A stretch of 64,000 nt of DNA, taken from positions 18,600,001 through 18,664,000 of the forward strand of contig CP075492.1 of assembly GCA_021613535.1 (NCBI GenBank). Direction: 5' to 3'. The notes beneath the pieces are model-generated. The model worked only from the letters and a program-made list of their open reading frames with translations. It did not search any database and was not told where the DNA came from. How positions within the stretch are numbered: the stretch's first letter is position 1; every line of letters starts with the position of its first letter. The position numbers and the translations under genes were made by a program. Shown in pieces: positions 26,297 through 40,523 of the stretch. This DNA comes from Adineta vaga. Lineage: Eukaryota > Animalia > Rotifera.

Positions 26297-26739
26297 TATG
26301 TAGAAAGGTGATTTATCATAACGTGGATCTTTATTGGCACTGCATCTTATTCTACACTTTCTTTTTTTTCTATTTAGTATAAAAACTCACAAGCATAGAA
26401 ACATATAAAGCATATCTTTCTTTTTCTGTCTTTCTCTCTTATCACTTTGTAACATTGCCAATGCAATGAGCACGGCAGACGTATGTGTAAAATTAGCCAA
26501 ATTACCTTTATTGTTTCTATATGCAAGATTTTCAGAAGTCGTAAAAAAGAATTGCCAAATTATTGAAAATCTTTCCTAACAATTCAAAAAGTTTCAATCT
26601 GCAAAACGCTTTATTGATTTCGGATATTGAAAAATATTAATTCTTTAATTTTGACAAGTCAAAATAATTTCATTATGTTAAAATACATATATCTATATCC
26701 TAATGCATAATAATTAAGACAATAAACATCTTCAGATAC

Positions 26740-26789
26740 GGGCAAGGGTGTAAATGTTCTGCTTGCTCCTCGATCTCACTCACCCTCAA
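26740..26789. repeat. Degenerate foldback element (H7)
   Basis: GGGCAAGGGTGT ... CACTCACCCTCAA. Confidence 0.55.
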
Positions 26790-26983
26790 ATCTAAATCGA
26801 TTATTTCTGAAGAAAATTACGATTGTTTAATGTCAAAAGAAGAAATTGAAACTTCAAATGTGATAGTTAACTTTCAATCGATGTATTTTTTATTCATAAT
26901 CAAATGCTATGAGTTATACAAACATTTAGATAAAATTATCAAAATATATGTATAAAATTCTACTAAGTATGCGTTGAAAAGTG

Positions 26984-27191
26984 CACTCTAAATAAAAAAG
27001 GTAATGTGACCGAACTCATCAAAAGGGTTTCGCAGATTTCAAAAGCTTCATAATGCGTCGATAAATGGAAAGAAATGGTTTTCCAAATCTATGAAACCTG
27101 AAAAGAATCTGACCACAAGTACACGCTCCGAACCATCGTCTACGAAACCCTTTTGATGGGTTCGGTCACCTTACCTTTTTTATTTAGAGTG
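26984..27191. mobile_element. MITE with ~50-bp TIRs and CAC...GTG termini
   Basis: CACTCTAAATAAAAAAGGTAATGTGACCGAACTCATCAAAAGGGTTTCG versus CGAAACCCTTTTGATGGGTTCGGTCACCTTACCTTTTTTATTTAGAGTG. Confidence 0.85.
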
Positions 27192-27198
27192 TAGTTTA

Positions 27199-27631
27199 TT
27201 GGTAGCAACACATGAAGCCATTCCACAAAGCAAACAGACGAATACATCTTTTATGTCAAGTGAAGTATCGAAGAGTTTGATTCAACAAAAACATCAAGCA
27301 TATCGAAAATGGAAGAAGACCGGAGATGTAATAGACAAACATCTATACTACAACTCCAAAGTCTTACTTACAAATTCATTACGTAACGACAGGCGAAACA
27401 AGTTAATGTCTTCTCTATGTCATAAGAACATGTATTCGGAAAAAGTTTGGTTAACGGTTCGCAAGATCCACAACAAACAGATCAAGTAACAAGTCAAGCA
27501 AAACAAAGTCAAGAATCGTAATATAACCTCAACAAACACATACAAGTGGAATTTAATTAAAGTAGAAGAAATCAACTATCATATAAGACAACTTCGAAAT
27601 AGCTCCACAGGTCCGGACAACATTCATAACA
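27199..27631 (+). mobile_element. Internal LINE fragment (endonuclease-RT linker), truncated at foldback H8
   Basis: KHQAYRKWKKTG...YYNSKVLL...W..VRK linker, then IKVEEINYHIRQLRNSSTGPDNIHNR (the GPD motif that precedes non-LTR RT domains); ends at H8. Confidence 0.8.
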
Positions 27632-27687
27632 GGTGGGTGTGGGTGTGGGTATGAATCGTTTTTGCTAATACCCACCCACACCCTCAA
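27632..27687. repeat. Telomere-like foldback element (H8)
   Basis: GGTGGGTGTGGGTGTGGGT-loop-ACCCACCCACACCCTCAA. Confidence 0.9.
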
Positions 27688-28762
27688 GAATAGTTTAATA
27701 GGGTAGAAAAAGAAGCGTATAACGTACTATTCGAACGATATGAATAGTAATAGTCCTTTAAGACCATTTCATTGATAAAGTGTCTCTCGTTCTTTACTTT
27801 TTCATTTATGATTTGTTGTATGCAGTATCAGTCGATATCATGTCTGACATTGAAAATTCACATAAGGAATATAATTACGTATACTGCATTGTTTTACTAT
27901 AAACACTTTCCAAGTAATTACTTTTTTTCTTTCTGGACAAAATCGATCGATGTCACATCTCACATCAAAAACCATCTACATGCGTAATGTACACATATTG
28001 TGCCATTTTCTTCTATATTTCCCTTTACCAATCGTTTCGTTCTATGCAAAATCAATCACTTCACTTTTCTTTATACGAACCGGCGTAATAAGTTTATTGC
28101 TTCATTTATTATTTATTCTCCATAAATTTGATCGATGTTATATCTCGCATATACAATATATATATATATATATATATATACGTAAGCTTCAAGTCTTTTT
28201 CCTACTCATAACTATATTCAGTCCACTATATCGCTGAATTAATGATATTTTTGCGAGGTTTTCATTTTTTCATAAGATGAAAAATGTTTAAATCTCAAGG
28301 ATAATCATAAGTAAATATTTAATTCTTAATAATGTTATATATGAAAAATATGATGCGTCATGTAATCGAACATTTTTTACTTTATCGGGCATACTGAGAT
28401 TATTCATTAATTTATAACTATTTGAGAAATAAAATATTATGCAAATAAATGCTAAATTTTTCTGTACTAAACATTCATTATACCAATGATGTTGTTTATT
28501 TGTGACAAAAATCATTTTGAAATTGTTATTTAATACTTTTATTTTAGATTTAATTAAGAATAATTACTTGTGTTTTATAGGATATATCGCTCTATTTTCT
28601 AAATTCAAGAATAAAGATAAAAATTCGTTTATGAGATGTATTCAACTATATAATAATTTCTTTATTTTGAAACGAAAATACAAGAAGAATTGTTAAAATA
28701 AATATTGAAATGTTTTTATGAAGATTATAATTTGCCGGATATTTGATCATATTCAATATAAT

Positions 28763-29446
28763 TTAGCAAACACTACAGTTCTGTTGACCAATAATGGTAT
28801 TAGTGTTAAATGAGATGGCTGCTGTCCGAGCGTAGACAGAACCAGTTAATCTAATGCCATAGGCGAACTTGACGGATGCGTAGGCAAGAAGATTTCCAAC
28901 AAAAATACTGTTTTGACCGAGCGTAGCGCTGCTACCTACTTGCCAGAAGACACAAGCAGCATTGGCACCGTTTATCGTCTGAATTTGACTATTGCCCGAC
29001 GTCTTTAGAGCACTACCTACCTGAAATATGTAAATTCCGGCTCCGCTCAGTGTCAAAATACCTGCAGGCGTTTCGATTGCAGCAGTTGAGTCAAACTTGT
29101 AGATGCCCGGCCCTAATGTCTTGCCTGCCAAATCAACACCCGTCATCTGAGCAGTAAGTGGTGCACTTTTCAAATAATTGTACGCCGAGGTGAGATCTTT
29201 TTGCGCTTTTTGAGCAACGGCATTGCCCAGTTGCTTGACACCGTAGATCACACCGGGCGGATTGAATCCAGTCAAGGAGATGCTGGGACTCATAGCTACG
29301 TTCCCGTTGATGATGGTGGAACCAGCGTTACTTACCGAACTTGCAGCAACTACCGTAAACTTGGCAGCACTTCTCAAAGTTGGGCAAATTTTGGCATTTG
29401 TCGTAGCTAAAACCAAACATAGAAGAACAGGAAAACTTACACTCAT
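28763..29446 (-). CDS. Secreted DUF3494 ice-binding-like protein, intronless
   Basis: Signal peptide MSVSFPVLLCLVLATTNA (ATG 29446 preferred over 29509); motifs AQKDLTSAYN, DLAGKTLGPGIYK, IFQVGSAL and VFWQVGSSATLG. Confidence 0.92.
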   Translation of the reverse strand: MSVSFPVLLCLVLATTNAKICPTLRSAAKFTVVAASSVSNAGSTIINGNVAMSPSISLTGFNPPGVIYGVKQLGNAVAQKAQKDLTSAYNYLKSAPLTAQMTGVDLAGKTLGPGIYKFDSTAAIETPAGILTLSGAGIYIFQVGSALKTSGNSQIQTINGANAACVFWQVGSSATLGQNSIFVGNLLAYASVKFAYGIRLTGSVYARTAAISFNTNTIIGQQNCSVC

Positions 29447-30154
29447 TGTTATTTTGTGTAGAAGGGCTTTTTTTAATGATAATAATATTGAAAAGTAAAA
29501 TGTACACATTATTTATAGGTACAATTTCTGTACTTGATACCCATCGACCTTTTCTCTCTAACGATAAAAGAACATCAACTGAAATGTGTACGCTAAGTGA
29601 AATTAGAGAAGAGAATCAAACGATAAGTGGAAAAAAACGATGAAATAAAAAATTAGGATCTATGAATATGTCAGATATTTATTATTCATAGAACATCGTC
29701 TATATTAACCTTCTATATTTTCTTCGTAAATCATAAATTTAAAAATAAAAGAAAGAAAGAAAAAAAAACATCGCAACTCGTATCTAATTTATGTAAATTA
29801 TACTTTGGAATAATAAACAAGCGATGGCATCATTTATGGTTATACCGACAAGTCGATGCATAATAAAAATCGGGAATATTAATATCGTACATCATAACAA
29901 AATATCTTGAGAACGGACGGCGTCAGTTAGATAGAGTTTTGATATTTGTGATGAACATGATCGATTGATTTATTTTCTATAGAAATATCGGTGAGAGTAT
30001 GGATATTCTTTCCTTATGTGTATCGTTTCATAATATTAATAAGCAGAGTGTTATGAGCACCTCGATCATCTCTCTCTTTAGTTCGTATGTAGATAATCTC
30101 TATGTGTTTGTCTGTTCATATAACTAAATAAAGTCCAATGTATAACAACAAAAA

Positions 30155-30203
30155 GGGTGTGGGTTCCAGATAGATGTAGTACTCATACCAACACCCACAC
30201 CCT
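30155..30203. repeat. Telomere-like foldback element (H9)
   Basis: GGGTGTGGGT-loop-ACCAACACCCACACCCT. Confidence 0.85.
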
Positions 30204-31729
30204 GATCAGCTAGTTGCATTATTACACAAAACATTGTTACGAACATTGATCCTTGAAAATATCTAGTCAACATGTCTCCACAATGTTCTTCATCAGTTAA
30301 TTACTTCCCCATACCTTTCTTCACTCAGCATCACAACTCTCGATCTCATTAAGGATAAAAATCCTTTTTACCAATAAATATTTCATTTACCCTTTTTGAA
30401 ATATTGTAAATTATCATTAGGAGAGGAATATTTCAGTGACATACTGCCATTAACAATCAACGAATAAAGTTCAATCGAACACTTAATCATTGATCATGAG
30501 ATATATATTGATCAATTACCTATATTCTTTTCTTATGTACTTCAGCTTCGTTGTTTATCATTGAATTTATTACGTGGACCTGCAATGATTCCCAATCAGT
30601 CATCTTCATCTGTATTAAAGCATCAAACTCATGTATCTCTCAAACTAACTAATTCTGCGAGATTCAATTATTTGGAACCAGTTTTGACCAATTTTTTCCC
30701 TTTAATTAAAGTTTTAAATATTGCAGCAGCTTCAGATTGCTTGAATGCATACAGATGGGAACATTTAATATCAATTTATTTAGTAAATTTGCGCATTTTA
30801 AATGTTCTATTTCTAGTAAATTTATGCGCAGATATTCAAACAACAACAGTTGAAAACCAATTCAAACTTCTTAGTTCTTCATTTTGGACTAAACGACAAT
30901 GTTTTTTCGATTATTAAACATTAAAACAAACAACATACAATGAATATAGAATCATATATTCTACAAATCCATATAGGTATTTATATTAATAGCATTTCAA
31001 ATATAGATTAAGAATATTTATTTTATTTCTAGAAGAAAAGATTATATAATATGTAATCAATTAAATAACATCAATTATGGAGATCAATATGGAGAAGTTT
31101 TCAACGCAGTTAATCAACTTCACATTGTAAGTGAAAGGGCCATGGAGAAATGTTTGTATTATTTTCCAAATGCAACAAAACTCACGATAGAAGATGATTG
31201 TTCTGCAGCTATTTGTCGATCGATGACAACGAATCTTAATCGTATTTTACGTTTACAACAATTACAAACATTAATTATCAAATGTAATCATCTATCTATT
31301 TTGAAAATGATAGAAATTTTATCTTCTACACCAAATCTTCATACATTAACTCTTCAAACGACGCCTCTTTACAAAGAGAATGAAATAATTATTCAACAAA
31401 ATGAAATATTCCAATCGATATCAAAGATAAATCGTGTTATCAACGTTTCTTTTGTACATCGTTATAGATTAAACAAACTGAAATTACTTGCTAAACTATT
31501 TCCTTGTTTACAACATCTTCAAATTAATATACAGAGGAAAGATATGAAAATAATATTAGAATTTCTACTGAATAATAATAAACAGAATATTTCGGATTTA
31601 GGATTATCATGTTTTACATCATTAAATAAAGTTTATCTCGAACATTTAAATAATCTGATCAAATTGAGAGTATTATCTTCTGACCAGAAAGCAAATCACA
31701 CTGGTAACATCTTGTATTTATGGTGGTAA
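30204..31729 (+). pseudogene. 5'-truncated F-box/LRR-like paralog (copy 1)
   Basis: Aligns by eye to 32224-34159 from 'LTLILENI' onward; several in-frame stops; same intron position after NPYR; ends LYLWW*. Confidence 0.8.
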
Positions 31730-32223
31730 TGATAGTATTTCATCATATATATCATTTCTTTTTAAATATATCTTTGGTGATATGTCAATTTAAATTTAAT
31801 AAATTATGGAATTATTTTCAGTTACACTAATGTCATCTTTTTAAATATTATTATGATTAAATTTGAGAAATAAATCGATTAATATTTCTAATCTTTTACT
31901 TTTGATTTTAATATTCTGTTAGACTCTCAACTATTCGAAAATGATCACACAGATATATTCTTCTCGTGCTCATTGTGTTGTGTAAGAGAAACAAAAGAAA
32001 GTGCACATTTATCAATTAGTTATTTAGATTTTTTCTTACCAGAAATTTCCACCCATTTTTACCCACTTCAATTAGTCATTGTCAAAACTTTTGTAAATAA
32101 CCGGATTTTTCTTCCTTTTTTTCTTCTTTCTTTCGATGTAATAAAGAATCAGGAACGATAAAGCTACGACCACGTTTTCTTTTTTCTTGTTCTCATATAT
32201 TCATTGAGCTCTGACAAATTTCG

Positions 32224-34159
32224 ATGGAAGGAACCAAACGTTGTCGAAGTGATAGTTTTCATGATTTGCATAATACAGACGATCGGAAAAAACAATTAAC
32301 AGCAACACAGAATTCGTGAGTAACATGAATTTGTATTATTCAATAGAAATTCTCCTTTTGTTTGTTAGTGATTCATCAAAAAATATTACACAATTTAAAG
32401 ATCTTGCTAATGAACTCATTTATGAAATATTTGAATATCTCGATTATTATTATGTTTACAAAGGATTTTTCAATCTCAATATTCGACTTCATTCGCTTCT
32501 TATGCAATCAACTCTTCCACTCAAGATCAATCTCTTCACGATGTCTCAAACAACTTTTCATCGTTACAATCAAGATATAATCTTACCTAATACACATCGA
32601 ATTCATACCCTAAGAATTCCAAATCACTTCATGTTTGATCACGATACACTTGCATTATCACAAAAAATATTCCTTCAAACACTTGTCCTTGAAAATATCG
32701 AATCATACTATTTGGATGATCTTCTTGATCAATTCACTTTATTATTACAATTGTCATCACTGACTATCATAGCAATTAACGCGATCGATAATAAATCTTC
32801 TATCTATCAAAAGATATTTAGATTACCTTCAATGAAATACTGTAAAGTATTATTAGGTGATCTATATTCTGAAGATATATTACCATATGCCATAAACGAT
32901 CACAGTCCCATTGAACATTTAATTATCGTCGATAGAATCAATCCGCAACAGTTGAATAGCCTTCTATCATATGTTCCTCATCTTCGTCGTTTGAGAGTAG
33001 ATCTAACGCAACAGGATGGATATAAAGCACCAAATATACCATACTATACTTTGAAGAATTTGACACATGCTTCTCTCAAATTACACCATTATATCACATA
33101 TATTGAGTTACAAGAACTTTTAATCAATAGTTTTCCATTTGTTGAAGTTTTACACATTTCAGCAATGAGTGAAGCTCTGGATGCTAACGAATGGAAACGA
33201 TTAATTTCAATGCATCTACTAGATCTACGCATCTTCGATGTGTTTTTCACATTGATGCTCTCTAGTGATGCTGAAAAGATTGCATTTGACGAGCAAGTTA
33301 ATCTATTTCGATCTTCATTTTGGATTGAACGACAATGGTTTTTCGATTATCGCTTAAGGCAAACAGAATACAGCCAAGGAAGATTTCTTTATTCAATAAA
33401 TCGATACAGGTATTTATCTATGCCAGTTCAATTAGATCAAAAATATCTGTTTTGTGTTCTAGAAGAAAAGATTATGAATTAAGTTATCAGTTGAATGACA
33501 CCATTTGCGGAAATGAAACTCGAGATGTTTTCAAATCAGTTGATCATGTTGAGATTGGAAATGAAAAAGTGATAGAGAAATTTAACGATTATTTTCCAAA
33601 TGCTACAAAACTCACGATAAAAAGAGATTTTTGTGCAGCTTTTTATCGATCGATTCCAACCAATCTTGATCGGATTTTATCTTTACAAAAGTTACAAACT
33701 TTGATTATCAAACGTAATGATTTGTCTCTTTTGAAACTGATTGAACTGTTAACTTATACACCGAATCTTCATCGGTTAACTTTTCGAACAATGCCTTTGT
33801 ACAATGAGAGTAAAATAAGTATTGAACAAAATGAAACATTTCAATCGATATCGAAGACAAATTGCCTCATATATGTCACTTACCAACAGAGTTGTACACT
33901 GGAGGAAGTCGAACTACTTGTTATGTTATTTCCTCGTTTGCAACATCTTGCAATTAATACACAATTGGACAATGTGGAACCAATCTTACAGTTTTTACTG
34001 AAGGAAAACAATGAGAATACTCGTGATTTGGCTTTATTTTCATTGATATACGCAAATAGACCATGGTTTGATCATTTAGATAGGCTATTCATGTTGAAAA
34101 CTTTACCTCAGCAATGTAAAGCAACTTATATGTATCCTCATTTATTTGTATGTTGGTAA
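32224..34159 (+). CDS. F-box/LRR-like protein; exons 32224-32315, 32369-33409, 33463-34159
   Basis: F-box-like 'FKDLANELIYEIFEYLD', LRR-like repeats, FRSSFWIERQWFF and YFPNATKLTI motifs; in-frame GT-AG introns. Confidence 0.85.
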
Positions 34160-34797
34160 TTTGAATTATAGAAATATTTCGTTGAAATAAATGGGAAATG
34201 TTTTAAATTGATTGTTTAATTGTATTATTAACTTCAGCGAGATATCGATCTGCTATTAGGTAAAATAGTTTTCATTGACAAATGAAAAAAAGAATCTTAG
34301 ATCATGTTGTACTATACTGTTGAAAACAAAGTATCACATAACATTTGGACGAAAGCCAAATATTTCGAATCATAAACAAACCCGAAATCAATTTTTGACA
34401 GTTGCATATCGCCAATTTAACATCGATATTTTTGTATGGAATTCTATTCAATGAGTTATTACATACTATAGTGGCGTACAGAGTGTACATATGAATTAGT
34501 CACTTCTTCTATCACAAAAGAAGTATTTACTATTTTGCTTATACCAATCGTTGATCAGGAATAGTTAAAAAAATACAAATATTTATCCTTTCTTTTCATA
34601 TTCATCGTCATTTATGTTCGTGTGTTCTTTACTGAGTGAAATAACGAAAGATAACACAGATATTGTCGAAAATACTATCCGTGTATTTTATTTTTGTACG
34701 AATAATTCTTTATTATTTCAATGGAACAAATCAGACGTCAATGAGATCATAGTTTTGATCACCATGACAATAGTAGAACAATGAAAGATATTTAGAA

Positions 34798-35925
34798 GTG
34801 ATAATAAATAAACGGTGGGTCAATGAAGATAGATTATCATTACCTATGAATAAATATAGTGGAATTGAACATTTAATCTTCGATCATTGGATCAATGTTA
34901 ATCAATTAGATACATGGTTATCATATGTTCCACATCTTCGTTCTTTGTCTGCCAATCTCGTTGGTACACATCATCATGTGTCAATCAATAATTCGCTGGT
35001 CGCATGTTGAATCATTTGAAACATGTTACTCTCACATTCCGATATGGTGTTCAGTTTATTGATTTAGAACAAATGTTTTCGAAATATTTTTCTTTCATTG
35101 AAGTTTTACACATTTCAGAAGATCACGAACAAATGGATGCAAACAATTGGCAACAACTCATACGATTATATTTAACAAAATTACGTATATTTAATGAATT
35201 TCTAACAAAATCAAATGGATATCCTGCTTACATGATACTCTTTTCAACGAATCCATATAGGTAGGTAATACTTTTCAATAAATAAATTAACTATATAGAT
35301 ACACTTTTCTTTTTCTAGAAGAAAAGATTATATATTATACAAACGTTTGGAGAGAATAATTGTTATAGATAATGAACAAATAACGATTTCCTCTGTTAGT
35401 CATATTTATATCAAAAATGGAAAGGAGATGAATAGATGTATGTGTTATTTTCCACGAGTTATAACACTTACTTTCGACTATGGATTTTCAATTAACGCTC
35501 ATCTTTCAATTGCAATGAGTCTTACTCGTATTTTATCGTTAAAACAATTGAAAACTCTAATAATTCAATGTGTTGATTTACCGTTTATTCAAATGATAAA
35601 AATTTCATCGAAGAAATAGAATCATTTCGATTAGTATCAATTACAAATTATATTAGAAATATAATTTTTCAAAGAAAATGTACAATAGAAGAACTTGAAC
35701 TACTTGTTATGCTGTGTCCTCGTTTGCAACATCTTAACATACATGTTACGATTTTTACTCAACAGAAATAATAAGAATACAATTCATTTAGTTTCATTAT
35801 GTTTTTCAAATGCAACAGAATTATATCTTGAATATTTTTATAATTTAGTTTTATCCAGGAAAATATTTTATGAACACAATGTGCTATATGTTAGTTCGAT
35901 TAGACAGTTATTTTTATGGTGGTGA
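34798..35925 (+). pseudogene. Degraded F-box/LRR-like paralog (copy 3)
   Basis: IEHLI, LSYVPHLR, MDANNW, STNPYR|R and FLWW* motifs with frameshifts and deletions. Confidence 0.75.
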
Positions 35926-36537
35926 TATTATCTCGGAAAATAACTTTTGTTTTTTGATTATTTATTTGAAATAAACGAGAGAATTAGTTAGAAATGTTTT
36001 AGACACGATCGAGTACCTTTTAAATTCAACTTCGAATATAAATGATGATTCTCAAAAAGTGCTTGTAGTCATTATTTTTGATCGATAAAGATTTATACGT
36101 TGTTACTCATAAATAGAATTTGTAGGCAGAGTCATTTATGTGAAGACTTTGGAATTTTAATGGATAGTAACCAAAATAAAACATTTTGCGTGAAGTATAA
36201 TCGCATATGGATAAAAGAAAATCTATTCCTTTTCTATGGAAAATCTCTAGCTCAAATTTTGTGATTTATTTTCGAAATGATATCAAATAGATGAATGTGC
36301 ATTTATCTTCGAATTTCAATTAGACAGCTCATGATTCATCAACAATATACAAGCAATATACTCGAGTCAAGTCGCTAACGATTCTTCAAGATATATATGT
36401 CGTGCCGAAGTTGTAACTTCAGATGCTGGAAAATAATCACTACAGTTTGTATTTTATCTTTAAAATTATTTTTCACTATTAAAATATTCAAATTTACTTT
36501 TGAATAATATAATTAGCATATGCATGTTCAAAAAATC

Positions 36538-36608
36538 GAAGGGTGTGGGTGGAATTGATGAATAATTATATCATCCACACCTTCAACCTCTTCCAAACCC
36601 ACGCTCAA
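36538..36608. repeat. Telomere-like foldback element (H10)
   Basis: GAAGGGTGTGGGTGG-loop-CATCCACACC...AACCCACGCTCAA. Confidence 0.75.
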
Positions 36609-37500
36609 TGATCTTCTGACATTGACCCACATCTCTTTCTAAATAAAAGATTGTGATAAAGCAAAAGAAAATTTTGAATTATATTAAAACATTTAAGTCG
36701 ATGTAACGCGAAGATGCGAAATCTGCAGAGTCATTAATATGAATAATATTTTATGGCAATGTTTGACCTGTTTAGATAAGACAATAAAAACGAGAAAAAA
36801 TGTATATGTGAGTATAAGTGTCCATGATCTAAATTCAATATTTGTTTGCGAAGATATAAATGAAAGAAAATATGACATGGGAATAGATATGAAGATGTAA
36901 GTTATTGAAAGCGTTCGAAAGAGAAAGATAACATGTTCATAAATTCGAATTTTTATGTCGGCATTCTTCAATAATTTTATTTTAGGGCATTTATTAAAAC
37001 ATCTATAAAAGATAACATATTTACATAAATAAAATCTGGAGCATGAGGCAAAAAAGCTATCTCATGGTAGCATAAGAATCATATGAAATAATAGATGAGA
37101 TAATCATACAACAGAGAAAAAAGAGAGCAGAATAATATGAAAACATATATATATATATATATATATAGGATGAGAATAAAAACTGAATTATAATAAAAGA
37201 TTTAAGCAGATAAAACTAAATAACAGATATATTAAGCTATTTTTCAATGTCTTTTTTTCGAGATTTTTAAATTAGATCACTACATTGCTATATTGAATGA
37301 CACAATCAATTGATAAAGTCATATATAGTGAACTGACTGCAAATGATGAACAAGCAAAATTCACTTCGGCAAGAACTTTAAATAAACATCGATCATACAA
37401 ACAGTGAGTACTCTAAACATACAGTCAATAAAATGAAATATATTTCGATATTTTTATTGTTTGTAGATCATGGTGGTCAACTGCTTTCGTACACAATTGA

Positions 37501-40289
37501 ATGAAAATTATCTGTGCTATTTTAGTACTTTTTTCTATCTCAGCTGGTTTGATGATATTTTTCAGCTCTTCTCAATTATCATCAACAAAGAAGGCCTCTC
37601 TAGACAATGAACAAGGTAAGATCAGATAATTTTTATATTCGAAAGCTCTATTCACTTTTACATTTTTATAGTTGATACAATTCCTCAACTACGATCATAT
37701 ACAAAATATGAAGTAAATCATTCATCTATTCATAGTTCAAAATCTTTTATTTATTTCATAGAAACGTCGAATACCATATGATCTTGGTCATATGCATATT
37801 TATATACACAAACGCAATCGACATAAATATCAACGACATCGCTTTCCTGTAGCTCGATATGATCGTCATCGCATGCGTTTGTTTTCTTCAATTTATTAAT
37901 TCATTGAATTTGTTTCTATTTTTATAGCATTACGTGGTCCATTTCTCAATTTTATGCCGTGGGTTCCTATATTTGCTGATCGATTAACCAAACAAACAAT
38001 TATTTATTCACCAGCAGGCGGTGGTAAATAATCATTATGCTTTCATTTGATCGAAAATCCGTTTATTGTTTTAGTTTACATCATTCCACCATTGATCAAT
38101 ATCTATGGCCAATTATTTTCAGTTGCTCAACTTATTGCTTCTGGTTATGCAAGTCTAGTGAGTAGTGGAATGTCATTAAACGGAAATATCGACATGCTCA
38201 ATTATTTTCAACCGCAACCATGTGAGCGTGTATTATGTTCATCTGATTTGTGGTAAATCTTATTGTATATTTTAGTAATGGGTCCTGGTATTCCAGTAAT
38301 TAATCCTTTGACAGGTGGATTTATTGGTGGAATGTATGGTAATTTTGGTTCTTTTCCAAATACTCGAAACTATGAATCAAGAACGAACATTGATTATTCA
38401 CGGGAAAGAGAAAAAGATGATGATGATGAAGATGATTACGAAGGACGAGAAAGTGAAGATTACAATTATCGACCTCGTTACAATTCATATAAGAACAATA
38501 GAAAACCATACAAGATAAACACATATAAAAGTAATATGTAGTAGATTTCGAATCTTATCCAGTAGGATTCTTTTATGCCCTATGTACAACTAACTTATTT
38601 ACTGCTTCAGAACCTAGCGTACCATCTTCTACAACCACCACTACCACTACCACTACCACGACTTCTACGACCACAAGTAAGTCACATATATCTTATAATT
38701 ATGAAAACCTGATCATGAAAGATTTTTTCTCGGTTAACTATATCATTTTTGTACATTTCGTTGATATTTTTTGTAAATCGTTTACAGTAATGGAGAAAAT
38801 AAATGTCGTGGATTTCCTCTATCAGCTAACGAAAACTATTTTCATTGTTAATCTATAGCAAAACCTAAATGCAAGTAAAGTAACTTATAGTTTTGATAAA
38901 AATTTAGTTCACTTCCAAATTCTAACAGAGAAGTTGATAGTTCTTGTCTATTATTTTACAGAGTTTTCTCCATCTTCTGGAACATTGTGGCAACAAAATG
39001 CTATTACTGTATTCGGTGATTCATCTGGAACTAGTGGCGATGATCTTATGCATCTCAATACGCCAATCGGCATGTTTTATGATCAAGTTAATAATGCTTT
39101 TATTGTCAGCGATTATAATAATCAACGTATTCTAAGAATCCCTCTTACCAATCCACCTTCACCTGGAATAGTAATCGCTCGAGACATTGATACGTCCAGT
39201 TGTGGTAGGAGTACATTAGTAACTCCTGTTGCAGTAGCTATGGATAACGTTGGCCAATTGTACGTAACAGACACAACATGTAGTCGTCTCGTTAGATTTC
39301 CGGTCAATTCAAATTCAGCATCACTGGGAGTAGAACTCAGTGCGTCGTTACAAACACCTCAGCAATTATCTATAGATCAACGAAATAATGATATATATGT
39401 AGCTAGTTATGGTAAACAGGTAATATACAAGTTTCCTGGTGGTAATGGACCACCGATAATTGCAGCAGGTATGTGATTTATTTTGAAATAATCGTTGATT
39501 GATATATATTCTACTCTGTGCACAGGTATCAGTGATAGTCCAGGAAGTGATTTAACCCAACTCAGCAGTCCAAATGGAGTTTATTTTGACTATTTATATA
39601 CCAATTCTTTATATGTTGCTGATTCAGGCAATAATCGTGTGATGAAATTTCCATTGAACTCAGTAGAAGGAACACCTGGAATAGTTGTTGCGGGGGGTAA
39701 TGGTGCTGGAAGTAGAATGGATCAATTGGATGAACCAAGAACTGTATTAGTCGACAGTGGGGGAGCTGTCTATATAGCAGATGGAAGTAAGAGAGTTTTA
39801 AACATAACATTATACTTTTCTCTCTAATAATCTGGTTTGATTAAATAATATTGTAAAGGATTTCTCATTTAATTAGATTATGAGCTTTTGTTTATTCTTA
39901 TTTGATGACCTTGTCCTGTGCTTTCATGAAAATAGTTAGCCTAAATTTTAAACTTACGTATGTTTATGTCCACATCAAGCTCATATTATTTAAAATGACT
40001 ATTTATCGAGAAATTTTAAGCAGAATTTTTTCTTACAATAAATATATGTTCATCAAGACTGAAAAAAACCGAAACTTTATATTGACTTTTTTATAATCTA
40101 GATAATAACCGTGTTCAACGTTGGGTGTCACCTGCGGGTCCCGGTACTACAGTTGTGGGTGGAACTATTGGAGCAGCATCAGATCAACTCTCATTTCCTG
40201 AATCAATGGTCTTCGACAAGGATGGTAACCTGGTGGTTGTTGATCGACGTAACAGTCGAATTCAGTTGTTTAATGTAGTAACACCCTAA
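37501..40289 (+). CDS. Multi-exon secreted protein: signal peptide, low-complexity region, Thr-rich stalk, NHL-repeat beta-propeller
   Basis: MKIICAILVLFSISA; many short exons; poly-Thr at 38620-38676; NHL motifs LYVADSGNNRVMKF, VAGGNGAGS..DQLDEP and DNNRVQRW. Exon boundaries are approximate. Confidence 0.75.
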
Positions 40290-40523
40290 TATATGAGTTC
40301 TTATTCGTATTATCATTGAATAAAAAGACTTAAACACTCGTTAACCATTTGACTACCATAGTATGAAAAAAAGCTACACCTATTTTTCAACACTTGTCAT
40401 AATGTAATTCATAAAAACTAATACGTAATCTCTTGAAACGAAGTAAGAGAATATTTTAGAACCCTTTTGAAGTATATGTATCACACACGCCGCTTTCACA
40501 TCTTTACTCATATATTGTCTTTC

